The notes beneath the pieces are model-generated. The model saw only the letters and a list, made by a program, of their open reading frames with translations. It had not been told where the DNA came from and searched no databases. Shown piece after piece: positions 12,441-26,431 of a stretch of DNA of 64,000 nt. The position numbers were made by a program, and so were the translations under genes. Location: assembly GCA_964016885.1 (NCBI GenBank), contig OZ024740.1:27218001-27282000 (forward strand). Reading direction: 5' to 3'. Positions within the stretch are counted from its first letter, which is position 1. Each line of letters starts with the position of its first letter. Source of the DNA: Eledone cirrhosa. Taxonomy: Eukaryota.

Positions 12441-12515
<75 letters not shown>

Positions 12516-12537
12516 AAGTTTTATTTAAATTAATATC

Positions 12538-12621
<84 letters not shown>

Positions 12622-12878
12622 TTGTGTGTATAAATCAGGAGGGGGTCAGAATACTCACTACTTGAGGAATTAGTGTATGTTTGTTTATATTATATAGAGT
12701 CGGTGTCACGAGGTTTTATTATATATATGATGATTCCTCTCGAATGAAACAGTTCTAGTCATGTAGAAGCTTTTTATTAAATATTAAATATGTATAATCT
12801 GCTTATTATTGAGTACCTTACTTACTGTGACTACTCCCGATTGAACCAGGGATAAACTTACACACATCACACACACAT

Positions 12879-12972
<94 letters not shown>

Positions 12973-13074
12973 TATACATATATATATACATATATATAGA
13001 CGCACACATATATCTATATATATATATCTATATATATATATATATCTATATATATATAAATATCTATATATATA

Positions 13075-13125
<51 letters not shown>

Positions 13126-13299
13126 TGACTTCAGTGGGTTATCGCAGGGAGTGGTATAAAGATGAAGTGTTGTGTGTGTGGCCTGATGCATGTGAAGTGA
13201 TGATAGCTATATTGATGTTTGTAATGGCGGTACTGGCCTGAGGCCACCACACCACAACCAACTCTATAGTAACCCTCTCTCCATCTTTCATCTACATCT

Positions 13300-14690
13300 A
13301 CATGTGTATGTGTATGTGTGAGTATATGTGTATCTGTGGTGTGGTGGCAGCAGTAGTTCTGTTGTTTTTGTGTATGTGTATGTGTGGTGTGGTGGTAGCA
13401 GTTGTTGTTCTATATGTGTGTGTGTGCGTGTGTGTGTGTGTGTGTTTTGTGTGTGTGTGTGTGTGTGTGTGTTTGTGATTTGGTGGCATTAGTAGTGCTG
13501 CTGTGTATGTGTATGTGTGTGTATGTATATATGTATGTGTGATGTGGTGGTAGCAGTTGTTGTTCTGTATGTGTGTGTGTGTGTGTGTGTGTGATGTGGT
13601 GGCATTAGTTGTTCTGCTGTGTATGTGTATGTGTGTGTTTGTATATATGTATGTTTTAGTGTGATGGTAGCAGTTGTTGTTCTGTATGTGTGTGTGTGTG
13701 CATACATGTGTATGTGTGATGTGGTTGTAATAATATGCTTGGGGTGGATGTAGTTGTTACTGTTGTGTATGATGTGTTTGTGTATGTGTATGTGTATGTG
13801 TTTTTGCATGTGTGTATGTATGTGTTTGTGTATGTGTTTGTATATATGTGTCTGTATGGGTTTGTGTATGTGTTTCTGTATGTTTGTGTATGTGTTTGTG
13901 TATGTGTGTGTGTATGGGTTTGTGTATGTGTGTGTATGTGTTTGTGTATGTGTGTGTGTATGTGTTTGTGTATGTGTGGTGTGTATGTGTTTGTGTATGT
14001 GTGTGTATGTGTTTGTGTATGTGTTTGCGTATATGTGTGTATGGGTTTGTGTATGTGTTTGTGAATGTGTGGTGTGTATGTGTTTGTGTGTGTGTGTATG
14101 TATTTGTGTATGCATGGTGTGTATGTATGGTGTGTATGTGTGGTATGTATGTGTGGTGTGTATGTGTGGTGTGTATATGTTTGTGTATGTGTTTGTGTAT
14201 GTGTGTGTGTATGTGTGGTATGTATCTGTGTATGTGTGTGTGTATGTGTGGTTTTTATGTGTGTGTGTATGGGTGGGTGTATGGGTGGTGTGTAGGTGTG
14301 TGTATGTGTTTGTGTATGTGTTTGTGTATGTGTGTGTGTATGTGTGTGTGTATGTGTGTGTATATGGGTGGTGTGTATGTGTGTGTATGTGTTTGTGTAT
14401 GTGTGGTGTGTATGTGTGGTGTGTATGTGTTGTATGTGTGGTGTGTATGTGTTTGTGTATGTGTAGTGTGTATGTGTTTGTGTATGTGTGGTGTGTATGT
14501 GTGGTGTATGTGTTTGTGTATGTGTGTGTATGTGTTTGTGTATGGGTGGTGTGTTCGTGTGGTGTGTGTGTGTGTGTGTGTGTTTGTGTATGTGTTTGTG
14601 TATGTGTGGTGTGTGTGTATGTGTATGTGTGGTGTGTGTGTATATGCGTGGTGTGTATGTGTGTGTGTATGTGTGTGTGTATATACATAG
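13300..14690. repeat. Complex TG-rich micro/minisatellite (TGTGTATGTGTT-like units)
   Basis: Direct inspection. Confidence 0.9.
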
Positions 14691-16279
14691 TTGTGCTAGT
14701 GTGTCTGTGTTGGCTGTAGTTGTTGCCCTCCATCTCATGAAATAGAAACGATCAATGAGGTGGAAAACCAAGCCACAGCATTAGAATGACTGTATTGAGG
14801 AAGATAGGAGGCAGACAATGATCGATAAATGATGTTGTTGTTGTTGGTGTAGTTTAGCCCGAGGTCAGCCCTACACAAACAAATGTTTCTTCAATGTCTT
14901 CTATGTGTTAGTATTTGTTATTTTCTGAAATTGCTAATCGTAGTCGCCATTATCCTTTATCTTTCTCCGTTGAAAAAAAAAGACCAATATGTTTTATTTA
15001 GGTGAGAAGTACAATGAATATGTCTTGTGTCAGCAGCTCCAAAACTTCTGGGAATAAAGGAGATAGTTATCCTCTAGAAACATGTTCCGATGTCTTGCAA
15101 CAGATTGAACACCACTGAAGCCACACACATTCCAGGCGGTAATGATAAAACGAACGACGATTTAAGTCTGCCACCCAAGTAGACCATGCTAGAATTTGAA
15201 CTGAATACACAAAAGCCAGTACAAATATCCCAAAGCATATCGTCCAAAACTCTCTCTATTCCATCAATTCACTGCTTTGAACTGATACTTTTTTCAACCC
15301 TGAAATGATTCATAAGAGACAAGATTAATAACAGTAAGATTTGAACTCAGAGCATAAAGGGCCGGAAAAAATACTGCAGAGCCTTTTGTTCTACATTCAA
15401 AACATATTGTATAATTTAAGGGAGATATGATAGCATTTTGTAAAATAGAGAACCGCTTAAATATCTTTTCCTTGGTATGATAAACGTTGTATAATATGAT
15501 GGTTCTGGTAATGAGGACGGTAGGGGAATGAAGATGGCTCATCTATAAGGAACTTATTTTAAAGTCAATCCATCTTTCAACGAAACAGCTATTAGTAGGG
15601 AAGTGTTAATTGGGTATGTGATATGAGATTCTGTGACATTAATGCCTGCTAATTCCCGAAAATTACATAAGCCGACCTAGTTATCACTCACTCTCTCTGA
15701 GCTTCCTCACTTTAGAATCTTTAAGTTAATCAAAACTCACTCAGCGTGACAAAATAATATTTAATGATAACACATCCAAATGTTCAGAACACGTCCGGTA
15801 ATCCCTTTTAATCTTTTTAAATATTTGAGAAAATATGAACAAAATTTCAATTGGGATCGTATTCAAACCTTTTTAAATATCAAATTATTTTATACAGTAT
15901 ACACTAGCCTTATATTCCAGTATTTTTATCTAGAACCCAGTGTCTATGCAATAGGGGCTGGTTAAAAAATAGGAGCCAAAAAATATGTGAATATTTGTAT
16001 CTATTCGGAATGCACACAAGACTTTATTTTTATCCAACTTTATCAATTTTATTTTGAATAATAAAACTCGTACTGGCTTCATCGAAATTTCGAAATCTTT
16101 CTGATTTCATCTTCTGTGTAGTGTAGTTATTGTGGTGGCTATAGTTGTCGTTTAATAGGAAACAGGAATCTTTGCCGTTATGTTTATATTTGATATGTTA
16201 CTTCAAGAATTCTTTTAACAATCTAGAACGATTCTCTATTGCTTACCGGGATGTATTATATTTGGATGGCAGTACAATC

Positions 16280-16954
16280 GGTGGATTGGCAGTATCGGTA
16301 GAGGGTCGGACGCCATGCTTTCCAGCATAGTTACGTCCCTTTACGATCAGATTTCAAATCCCGCCGAGGTTACTTTGCCTTTCATCCTTACGGGGTCGAT
16401 AAAATAAAGTACCAGTAATACACTGGTTAATTGCTGGTCCTGTGCCTAAAGTAGAAACAATTATATTTGTATGGCAGTATTGGTAGCGAGTCGGACGCCA
16501 TGGTTTCCAGCATAGTTACGTCTCTTTACGGCCTGAGTTCAAATCCCGCCGAGGTTAACTTTGCCTTTCATCCTTACGGGGTCTATAGAATAAAGTACCA
16601 GTAATGTACTGGGTAATTGCTGGCCTTGTGTCAAAAGTAGAAACAATTATATCTGTAGTAAATTCCTTTGGTATATATATAGACCTGGGGCTTAATGTTC
16701 TGGGTACTTGAGTGAGTGAGAAAGCATCTAATCCATCTAATATGCTTTTTATCAACTAATATTTTGTTATTATTTGGCAGTATCGGTAGAGGGTCGGACG
16801 CCATGCTTTGCAGCAAAGAGTTACGGCCATTTATGTTCTGAGTTCATATCCTGCCGAGGTTAACTTTGCCTTTCATCCTTACGGGATCGATAAAATAAAG
16901 TACCAGTAATGCACTGGTTAATTGCTGGCCTTGTGCCAAAACCAGAAACAATTA
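16280..16954 (+). mobile_element. Three tandem tRNA-derived SINE (family A) copies at ~16280-16463, 16473-16648 and 16776-16954
   Basis: Each has TGGCAGTATCGGTAG (A box-like), GAGTTCAAATCC (B box-like) and the core CTTTGCCTTTCATCCTTACGGGGTCGATAAAATAAAGTACCAGT, or close variants. Confidence 0.85.
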
Positions 16955-17545
16955 TTAATATTATACTTTCTTCTGGGTGCTATTCTTCCCAAGTGGAACA
17001 TAAGACTACGACATTACGGTGCCATTTACACCAGTCTCTAAAAACTCTGACCATGTCAACTTTTGAGTGGGGATTTTTCTGAACTCTTTTTCAACTATTT
17101 CACTCTATATGTCATTTGGTCGTCCTGGTTTTCACTTCACGGGCGGTGTCCACCTTAATACTATATTTGATGTTCTGGTCCATTGTGCGTATAGAACTTG
17201 GCATTGTAAGCCAAAGGCGTCATATTTCAAAGACTTCAATACTTGAATTACATTCAATATCTCAAATTATGAATTACATTAGAGATCTCGAAATTATTTG
17301 GCAACCTGTAAGTTTCTGTTTTGTTTTATGAGTTTTAAAATAGCGTTGATTTCTGTAATACATTATAAAAGTTTCGATGTAATGTATTTTGTGGTCTGTT
17401 TTATGATATTGTCTTTTGTAATATGTTCGTTTATTCTATAGCCAAGATGTAATCGTTTGATGTAATCATCTGTATGTTATTTTTTGTGTGTGGTACACGA
17501 AGTTATTTCTGATCTACGTACCATGTTTAGCTTATTTCTCTTTTG

Positions 17546-17627
<82 letters not shown>

Positions 17628-17734
17628 TAGGGATATCGATGTATAAATAAGATTGACTAAAATTTATTTTGATCTGTCTGGCTTATACTCCCATAAATTG
17701 TTATTTTCACTTAAATTTAATGATATATATATAT

Positions 17735-17779
<45 letters not shown>

Positions 17780-18292
17780 TGAGAGAGAGAGAGAGAGTGT
17801 GTGTATATATACGTATGTGTTTGTGTATGTGCGTATGTGTGTGTGTATGTGTGTGTGTGTGTGTGTGTGAGCGTATGTGTCTGTGTACATACAACAACTA
17901 TTGCCTCATGTCTACGCTGTTTATTCTAGTCTTTCGATATACTTCTGTAGTATTTCATTTGTTGAAGAGAATATTGTTTTTCATTGCTAAATCAAAGGAT
18001 AAGTTAGTGCTGTGCCGATGACACTTTTCATGGTACCGACGATTGATGGAGGGGATGAGGGATGATAATATAACGACAATCGCCTGGTCAGAACACTTGG
18101 ATCAGAATGTACTCCGATAAAGACACCAGAGTTCCAAATAGAGGCTAGTAAACTGGGCGAGGGATCAAGTGTGGTACAGAATTAATTTATTGATGGATTT
18201 GAAAATAGAAGTTAGAGAATCGAAACGAATACCAGAAGATATCGGTTCCGATGCTTTCACAGTTCTATCAATCAACACTGCACACACAATCA

Positions 18293-18520
18293 TGGCGCAT
18301 GGCTTAGTGGTTCGAGCATTGGGCTTGCAATCGAAAGGTTGTGTGTTCAGTTCTCGGACCGGGTGATGTGCTGTTTCCTTGAGCAAGACACTTTATTTCA
18401 CGTTACTCCAGTTTACTCAGCTCTAGAAATGAGATGATAGGACTGAGGTCCCTATCATTATATCTCCCAAGACTCCTCCAACGAGATACAACCTTGGAGG
18501 AAGCCAGCTAAACCTGCATA
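18293..18520 (+). mobile_element. tRNA-derived SINE (family B)
   Basis: GCGCATGGCTTAGTGGTT...GTTCAGTTCTCGG...TCCTTGAGCAAGACACTTTATTTCACG. The tail matches the reverse complement of ~43420-43640. Confidence 0.8.
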
Positions 18521-18726
18521 GTTGTGAGCTGTCACACACAGTCAACAGCACTTTATTTATCGAATTAAGAATTCTGAAAGCCAAAGTTGACCTAGCTGGG
18601 TTTGATCACAGAATGAAAGTAGCTGTAATATATACTGAAACTAAAGCACATAGATATTTCGAGATTCTGAGCAGATTGCCATTTTATACCTGTGTGGATA
18701 TCTAGTTTGTATTCATATTTATATGA

Positions 18727-18912
18727 GGGCGGAGGATTGGCAGTATCGGTAGAGGGTCGGACGCCATGCTTTGCAGCAAAGTGTTACGTCCCTTTATGGT
18801 CTGAGTTCAAATCCCGCCGAGGTTAACTTTGCCTTTCATCCTTACGGGGTCGATAAAATAAAGTACCAGTAATGCACTGGGATAATTGCTGGCATTGTGC
18901 CAATAGTAGAAA
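18727..18912 (+). mobile_element. tRNA-derived SINE (family A)
   Basis: Same head and core as 16280-16954. A more decayed copy follows at ~19222-19415. Confidence 0.85.
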
Positions 18913-19043
18913 TATGTATATAGAGACATTTAAATGTCTTTTGTACTAACTGAAAACATTCGCCAATAACCTTTAGTTCGAAGTTTAAAATACTCTTATT
19001 TTATTTGCACAAATGAGGTTAAGTGCATTATATTATAGGTGTA

Positions 19044-19116
<73 letters not shown>

Positions 19117-19767
19117 ACAGTTTATAAATAGTACAGGATTTAACCGAAGCTGTGAGAAAATATATTTACACATACACTTATGTATTCTAACATGTAATCT
19201 TAATTGCATAATTCTCCTCTGAGGGCGTTGGATTGAAAAAAAGTTTGTTGGATTAAAAGTATTGGTAGAGCGTCGGGTAACATGCTTTGCGACATATAGT
19301 TAGGTGTCTTTACCTTCTGAACTCAATTCCCGTCGAGGTTAGCTTAGACTTTCATCCTTATGGCATCGATAATATAAATTATCCAAGAAGCGTTAGCCTT
19401 GTGCCTAAATCAAACACCAGTTACGTATTTCTCCGTAGACTGATAACGTTGAATATCTTAATTGTCCAGCGATTCTTTCCTGAGACATTCTATCCACATG
19501 CCCAATAAAAGGAATAGTCTTGTGTATTCCTTTTATTGATTAACTAATTTTGTTATCTGAACCTGACGATGTCGCCAAGGTCTTGCATCATGGTCTTGCA
19601 TCAAGGATAAAACTTGGCTATTGAAATATGTAAAGTGATTTTTGAAACATTAAAACTTTAGAAGGATGTCTCCAGCCTGTACTTCTGTTGTTTTATATGA
19701 ATAAATAAGTTGGCTAACGTTGTAAGGTCACACTCTGGATATGTCAATGTCTTAACACTAAATATTG

Positions 19768-19827
19768 TATTTTATCTGAAGAACGCATACTATAATCTGG
19801 TATCCTTGAAATATGTGTAATGAAATA
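19768..19827 (+). ncRNA. Type I hammerhead ribozyme in a PLE-like terminal fragment (~19430-19972)
   Basis: TATTTTAT-CTGAAGA-acgcATACTA-TAATC-TGGTATcctt-GAAA-TATGTG-TA-ATGAAATA. Confidence 0.65.
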
Positions 19828-19968
19828 TATATGTCGTTATAAAGATATTTTCCATGTATTAATATTATTAATATTATAATACTCCAGATAAATTTTTCTG
19901 TAGAGTGCTTCATAACTGTTATAAATTTAACTTTGTTGAATATTCCTCAACAAAGCATAGAATTCATC

Positions 19969-20057
<89 letters not shown>

Positions 20058-20085
20058 ATCAAAAGATGGTTAAAAGTGTTCCATG

Positions 20086-20156
20086 TATTTTATTATGCGC
20101 ATTTCAAAAACAAATATCATCATGCAATAACATTTGTGTTTTCATCAGATAAAATA
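20086..20156 (-). ncRNA. Type I hammerhead ribozyme (left arm)
   Basis: Reverse complement of 20275-20345 with about one difference. Confidence 0.85.
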
Positions 20157-20274
20157 GGAAGACATGATATGAAGGATAAAAAACACTTGTGGATAGTGCA
20201 GTTTTAAATCAACATATGTTGATTTAAAACTGCACTATTCACAAGTGTATTTTAACCTTCATATCATGTCTTCC

Positions 20275-20345
20275 TATTTTATCTGATGAAAACACAAATG
20301 TTATTACATGATGATATTTGTTTTTGAAATGCGCATAATAAAATA
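20275..20345 (+). ncRNA. Type I hammerhead ribozyme (right arm)
   Basis: TATTTTAT-CTGATGA-AAACACAAATGTTATT-ACAT-GATGATATTTGTTTTT-GAAA-TGCGCA-TA-ATAAAATA. 8-bp stem I, long stem II, palindromic stem III, AUA triplet. Confidence 0.85.
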
Positions 20346-20468
20346 CATGGAACTCATTTAACCATCTTTTGATCTTATATATTATGTATACTCCAGTCCT
20401 ACAAATTGTAGAGTGCTTCTTATCCGATATCTGCATTGCTTTATTGTACTACAATAAAACTCAGCTCC

Positions 20469-20505
<37 letters not shown>

Positions 20506-20800
20506 AGAGTCAGGACCCCGATCGCTGAGCTCCAACCACTTCGACAGCCAGATCTGAACGCCTATTACCCACTCTACTACCCTAATGAAGTTAGTTCGAA
20601 TTCTCACATCAGGCAATGTGTTGTGAGCTTGAGCAAGATACTTCATTTCATGTTGCACCATTTTACTCAGATGTAAGAATGAGTTGTAAAACCACCGATG
20701 CAAAACTGTATCGGCCATTGCATTTCCCTTGGACTACATCGGTGACGTGGAGAGGCGAGATTTGTGGTTCGGAGGGAAACTTTCGAGGTGCGAAACGCAT

Positions 20801-20981
20801 GGTCTTTATCCGAAAGTATAGACTATATATAAGTATTACTATGGGTGTCGTAAGCTCTGAGGGTCTTTATCCGAAGATATAGTCTATATATAAGTATTAC
20901 TATGGGTGTCCTAACCTCTGGGGGTCTTTATCCGAAGATATAGACTATATATAAGTTTTACTATGGACGTCGTAAGCTCTG
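20801..20981. repeat. Three-copy ~61-bp tandem repeat
   Basis: GGTCTTTATCCGAA...GTAAGCTCTGA units start at 20801, 20862 and 20923. Confidence 0.85.
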
Positions 20982-21248
20982 ATTATTAAACGCAATTTTG
21001 TAGGTTTAATTCTGTTTCTTTCATTAAGAATTCTTCAATGAAGAAACCTAAACGATTGCTGTAAGACTCAGCCTTTAATATATGATATATCCACTCTATT
21101 TGATATATTGAGGACCTTCAATTGTGATTGCTCTCCTGTCTTAAAGGAGGTAATATTTACTATGATATAAGTATGTGTATGCAGCTATGAACATATATAT
21201 ATGTATATATATATATATGTGTGTGTGTGTATGTATGTATACATATAT

Positions 21249-21335
<87 letters not shown>

Positions 21336-22041
21336 CGTACGCGCACAAATAATGCACAAATACGTAATTATATATACATGTAGAATGCGAAAAAGTCTCA
21401 TTGTTAAATAAACCACGTTCAGGGCCTTTCAGTTGAATGTAAAATTAAATGAATACATAAATAAGATATCCAATAGGCATTCCACATAAGACAATTGATT
21501 TCCTTGGGAAAGACAAACAGAATGTAAAAATAATAATAAATTCATGTAAATTTATGTAAATTTATGTTAATTAATGTAAATTATATGTTGTGCAGCTAAT
21601 GCTATAGAGTAGGCGGTAACGACATAGGTAATCAAATTTTCTCGCTTGTTCCGATTGCTAATTGCATCCTTTTCCATACAGTAGTTTACACTCTTGGAAA
21701 AGACCTGAATAACACAACTGTCGGTTCCCTTCAATAGAACCCCTACAGCCAATAACAGCTTCATCTATAAACATTTCATCCCCAATTTTCTCACAATTAA
21801 TTTAATTTATCTTAGTAAAATCGTGAGGTAAATAAACATTTTACCTCCGGTTGAGCTTAGTAAAGAATTATGAGAATATTGTTGCACTGGTGTAAATGTT
21901 GTGTTATTCTGTTGTGGAGATTCCGGTAAATGTTAATGTATGTGTAATTCTTCAACCTTCACACACACATACACACACACACCCACACACAGACACCCAC
22001 CCCCCCACACACACACATACACACACCCCACACACACACAT

Positions 22042-22075
<34 letters not shown>

Positions 22076-22222
22076 GTATCTATATATATATATATATATA
22101 TATATAGTGCAAATTTATACGGGAACAAAACAGAGAGGCAGACAAATAAAGGTTTATTGGGTTCACGCTTTTGAGATATATATATTATCTATCTCTCTCT
22201 CTCTATATATATATATACACAT

Positions 22223-23305
22223 ATATTTATTAAAATAACAGATTAAAGTTTAAGCAAAGAATCGCTACTTTCACCCTTAACGGGATCTTCTGAAACTAAC
22301 AAAGTCAATCTGTGAACGCAGAAGTAAATATTTTCAAAAAACGTTTCAACCGGAGGAAGAGAGGAAGACGATACTTTGGTTCGTGGAAACGTTCCCTGGC
22401 AAAGAACGGGAAAAAACGAATATAATGCGTCATTATTTGGAGCAGTGAAAAACAATTACACGCAAAGACAGAACCACGTTTATGGTATAAAAGAAGTCGT
22501 AGACTAATATTCTATTAGGTGGTTCCTAGAGACGTTCTCTGGCAAAGAACGGAAATAACGAAGATAATACGTCATATGTGGAGCAGGGAGAACAATTGCA
22601 CGCAAAGACAAAATCACGTAAATGGTATAACTGAAGTCGTAGACTAAAATTCTAACTAGGAAACCGAATGATTCTCGGCTTCAGAGTTAAGAATAAAGTA
22701 AATAAAATACAGAGGTAATTGAAATTAAATAAATACATACACGCATCCATATACGTGCATACACAAGCATACGCGAAAACAATCGCCATAGGTATACAAC
22801 TACACGCACGTACACAAAAGAAACAAAAAAAAACCCCAAAAAACCCGCAGGCACACACAGAACCCACGCACCGCCTGTACCCGCACGCATACGAATGTAT
22901 ACACCAAATACACATAAAAATATATATAAAAAATAAATATATATATATGTGTGTGTGTGTGCGTGCGTGTATACATATAATTAAATAAACGTATATAAAT
23001 GAATAAATACGTATATAACAAGCGCACACACATACCTACATGTAAATACACATATGTTCGGAGACGTACGTCAACCCAAACACAAAATACACATATACAC
23101 ACACCCTACATACGTACGAACCCGCACACTCACACAGACACAAAACTCACGTATACACATAACCAAAAGCATATGTACCAGAATATATAATATATACGCC
23201 ATAACATATACAATCAAATATACGTACGAGAAAGTATACGTACCTTCACAAAACATACAGGTAATATATACTTACCTATACAAATAAGTAATGGTATAAA
23301 CAATA
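22223..23305 (-). mobile_element. Diverged 3'UTR/pLTR copy of the Naiad-like family, with HHR variant at 22247-22297
   Basis: Colinear with 7386-8335 and has the same CAGAAGA-core motif. Confidence 0.85.
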
Positions 23306-23344
23306 TATATATATTTTCCGTTTGATTCAGTTATATATATATAT

Positions 23345-24003
23345 ATTTTGTTCCTGAATTTGTTTAGCAAGATGCTTTATCTGAAAACGTGTGTTGAAAC
23401 CGATATTGTTATGCTTTGGGAGGATCATATTGCCAATAAGAAACACACGCACCAGTTTCTTTCACTCCAATTTATTATGAATTAAATTTATAAATTTAAG
23501 AATTTATAAATTTCCGGTTGGTTGGTTGGTTCCATAAATCACAGAGGCAATAAACATAAATGAACTCCAACCAAAATTAAATAGAAAACATGAATGGAAT
23601 AGCAACATCACAACTTACAATTAAGGACAAAATGAAAACACACATGCACATAGAACAAACAAACAACCAGTAACATGTAAATAAACAAATAAATAAACAA
23701 ATATAAACACACACAGACACCCGGATGTAACACATGCGCAAACTAAGCACACAACACACACAAAAAAAAGATGGCGTAGGACAGAATAAAGGAGAGGCAC
23801 TAAAACAAAGAAAAGAACCCCAGTCACTGAAGAGGTCACAGACTGTGTGTCGAAAGAACTTTGACAATATATGAACAACCATCCGGTTGTGGAACCCACC
23901 AACGAAACGGAAATTTATAAATTTAATTTATAATAAATTAGAGTGAAGCAACTGTTGCGTGTGTTTCTTATTGGCAACATGACCCTCCCAAAGCATAACA
24001 ACA
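23345..24003 (+). mobile_element. PLE family A fragment: inverted pLTR end (23345-23535, minus) joined to a plus-strand pLTR (23537-24003), with HHR at 23823-23865
   Basis: Matches 530-720 in reverse and 343-660/6736-7212 forward. HHR reads GTCA-CTGAAGA-...-GAAA-GAAC-TT-TGAC. Confidence 0.8.
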
Positions 24004-24291
24004 TATATATTTTTATATATATATATATAGGAATAAACACAGTAGATTGTGTGTTTAATATTACAGGGACAGAAAGACCACGTTGGTTTGACGAATATAA
24101 ACTGAATCAAACGGAAAATAAAATTTAAATTTAAAATGTACTGAACGTTTCAATAGCTATTATTTCCCGGACAGATGAGAGATTAATCTGTTTCGCCCTG
24201 AAAAGTTGTGTTTGTAACAGATAATCTGGAGAGGGAGATACGATTATATGCAACAAATACTTATGAGAGTAGGTATATATATATATGTATG

Positions 24292-24408
<117 letters not shown>

Positions 24409-25134
24409 ACATACACACACACACATATGTATGTAGGTATATATATATATTTAAATAAATAAATGTCTTAAATGCCGGGCTCAACTTTCTCTTTGCTTCT
24501 TTTGACAACAATAAAAAAAAGTGTACCAGTCATGTAGGGGGCTCACTTCTTCCTCTATATATATATTTCCCACTTTTATACTCTCCTTCACTGAATTCAG
24601 TCCAGGAGAGGGATGAACTCCAACCTGTTTGTGCCATGACGGCGCCGATAAGGCTGCATCAGGTGTCACATACCTATCTCTAGTTACGCTGACTCTCCCT
24701 GAGTATTACAATAAGGGTACACGAGTCTGTGGAATGCTCAACAACATACACGTTAATTTTATTAGCAGTTTTTTTTTTCATTTGCTAGAACAACGGGCAG
24801 TGGTGGACTGGCCTGGTCATCAGCTAATCTCATTGCAAGTAGGCCTCTGGGCGGCCCACGATAGTACTTTGCATAACATTTGCTTTCAAAGAAAATATCA
24901 GAAGTACTAGAGAAAGAATAAAACATAAAAAAAAAACAGATAAAACAATTAATATATACATGCATACATATAAAACATATATTATAAAACATATAAAACG
25001 TATTTGATTTGATCTACAATTTTATTTATCTTATGCGGAGCCCATCACTTTTTCAGGCCTGAATGCTGCAAATTTCTTCCAGGGAAGAAAAGACAGAAAG
25101 GGAGATTGGAAGTGAGAAAGAGATATAGAAGAAT

Positions 25135-25295
25135 TGGTCCCAGTACTAAGCTGGTATATTTTACAACTTCCTATGGATGAAAGAGGAAAGGAAAAGTTGT
25201 CTTTGGGGGAATTTGAACTCGGAGAGTACAGAGCCGAAACTAATACAGCAAAACATTCTATCGGACGCTCTCACGGTTCAGCCAATTCGCCGTCA
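25135..25295 (-). mobile_element. Decayed tRNA-derived SINE (family A)
   Basis: Reverse strand begins GACGGCGAATTGGCTGAACCGTGAGAGCGTC...GAGTTCAAATTCC. Confidence 0.65.
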
Positions 25296-25484
25296 CACAA
25301 TGTAGGAAATGTCATTGCTTGTCTTTTGTTTTAGATTAAAAGAAAAAACAAAGGAAACAGGAGAGGAACCTATCCCCAGGCCAATGTAACGTTGTTGCTA
25401 TTGGATTTTTCATTTTTTATATACACATATATGTATATACATATATGTATATATGTGTGTGTGTGTGAGTGTGTGTGTGTGTAC

Positions 25485-25549
<65 letters not shown>

Positions 25550-25560
25550 TATATATATAT

Positions 25561-25951
<391 letters not shown>

Positions 25952-25993
25952 CAACATATTAATAAATGGAAACTATATTTATAAAACCATATT

Positions 25994-26059
25994 TATTTTA
26001 TTATATATATTTCAAGGGCAACCAAGGCAAATTATGGTGCGCTCTCATCAGATAAAATA
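25994..26059 (-). ncRNA. Type I hammerhead ribozyme (left arm)
   Basis: Reverse complement reads TATTTTAT-CTGATGA-GAGCGCACC...GGTTGCCCTT-GAAA-TATATA-TA-ATAAAATA. Confidence 0.8.
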
Positions 26060-26183
26060 CAGTTTTGTTTTATAAATAAATATTGACATACCCGGAAAAA
26101 CGACAACCCTAACGGTTGGAGCTTCCTGGAAGCTATCCAGGAAGCTCCAACCGTTAAGGTTGTCGTTTTTCCGGGTATGTCAA

Positions 26184-26249
26184 TATTTTATCTGATGAAA
26201 GCGCACCATAATTTGCCTTGGTTGCCTTTGAAATATATATAATAAAATA
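26184..26249 (+). ncRNA. Type I hammerhead ribozyme (right arm)
   Basis: TATTTTAT-CTGATGA-AAGCGCACC...GGTTGCCTTT-GAAA-TATATA-TA-ATAAAATA. Confidence 0.8.
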
Positions 26250-26383
26250 AATATGGTTTTATAAATATAGTTTCCATTTATTAATATATTGTGTATTTAC
26301 TCCACTAACTTGTTGAGTGCTTTATATGAGTTATTAAGATTTTTAAGCTTGTTGAATCCCAACAAATTAAATATAATCTCTGC

Positions 26384-26431
<48 letters not shown>

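Larger units (their letters stand above)
7300..12447 (-). mobile_element. Naiad-like Penelope element: 5'-truncated body (7300-10235, minus) with inverted pLTR copy (10236-12447, plus)
   Basis: 7386-8636 and 10236-12447 are reverse-complement copies once the nested RTE is removed. RT and GIY-YIG coding sequence lies between them. (TA)n on both sides. Confidence 0.9.
20049..20471 (+). mobile_element. Palindromic PLE terminal fragment (arms 20049-20215 and 20216-20382) in (TA)n
   Basis: Near-perfect inverted repeat centred on AACAT|ATGTT with no spacer, with an HHR in each arm. Confidence 0.75.

Noticed and set aside
12724-12765. ATGATGA-TTCCTCTCGAAT-GAAAC..GTC hammerhead-like motif
   Set aside because: C3 is substituted without compensation and stems II and III are poor. 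Counted only as a remnant.
15455-15550. Possible minus-strand terminal host exon (tatag|ATGAGCC..., DEPSSFPYRPHYQN...*)
   Set aside because: No recognisable homology or partner exons. It cannot be supported without transcript data.
19563-19640. CTGACGA...GCCAAG/CTTGGC...GAAA-TATG-TA motif
   Set aside because: Core and stem II are present but stem I does not pair.
20801-20981. CRISPR-like array
   Set aside because: It is a plain tandem repeat with no unique spacers, in a eukaryotic context.
21567-21950. Possible host exons; YVVTAYSIALAA faintly recalls thioester-protein helices
   Set aside because: The similarity is short and splice sites are inconsistent. A BLASTX hit would be needed.
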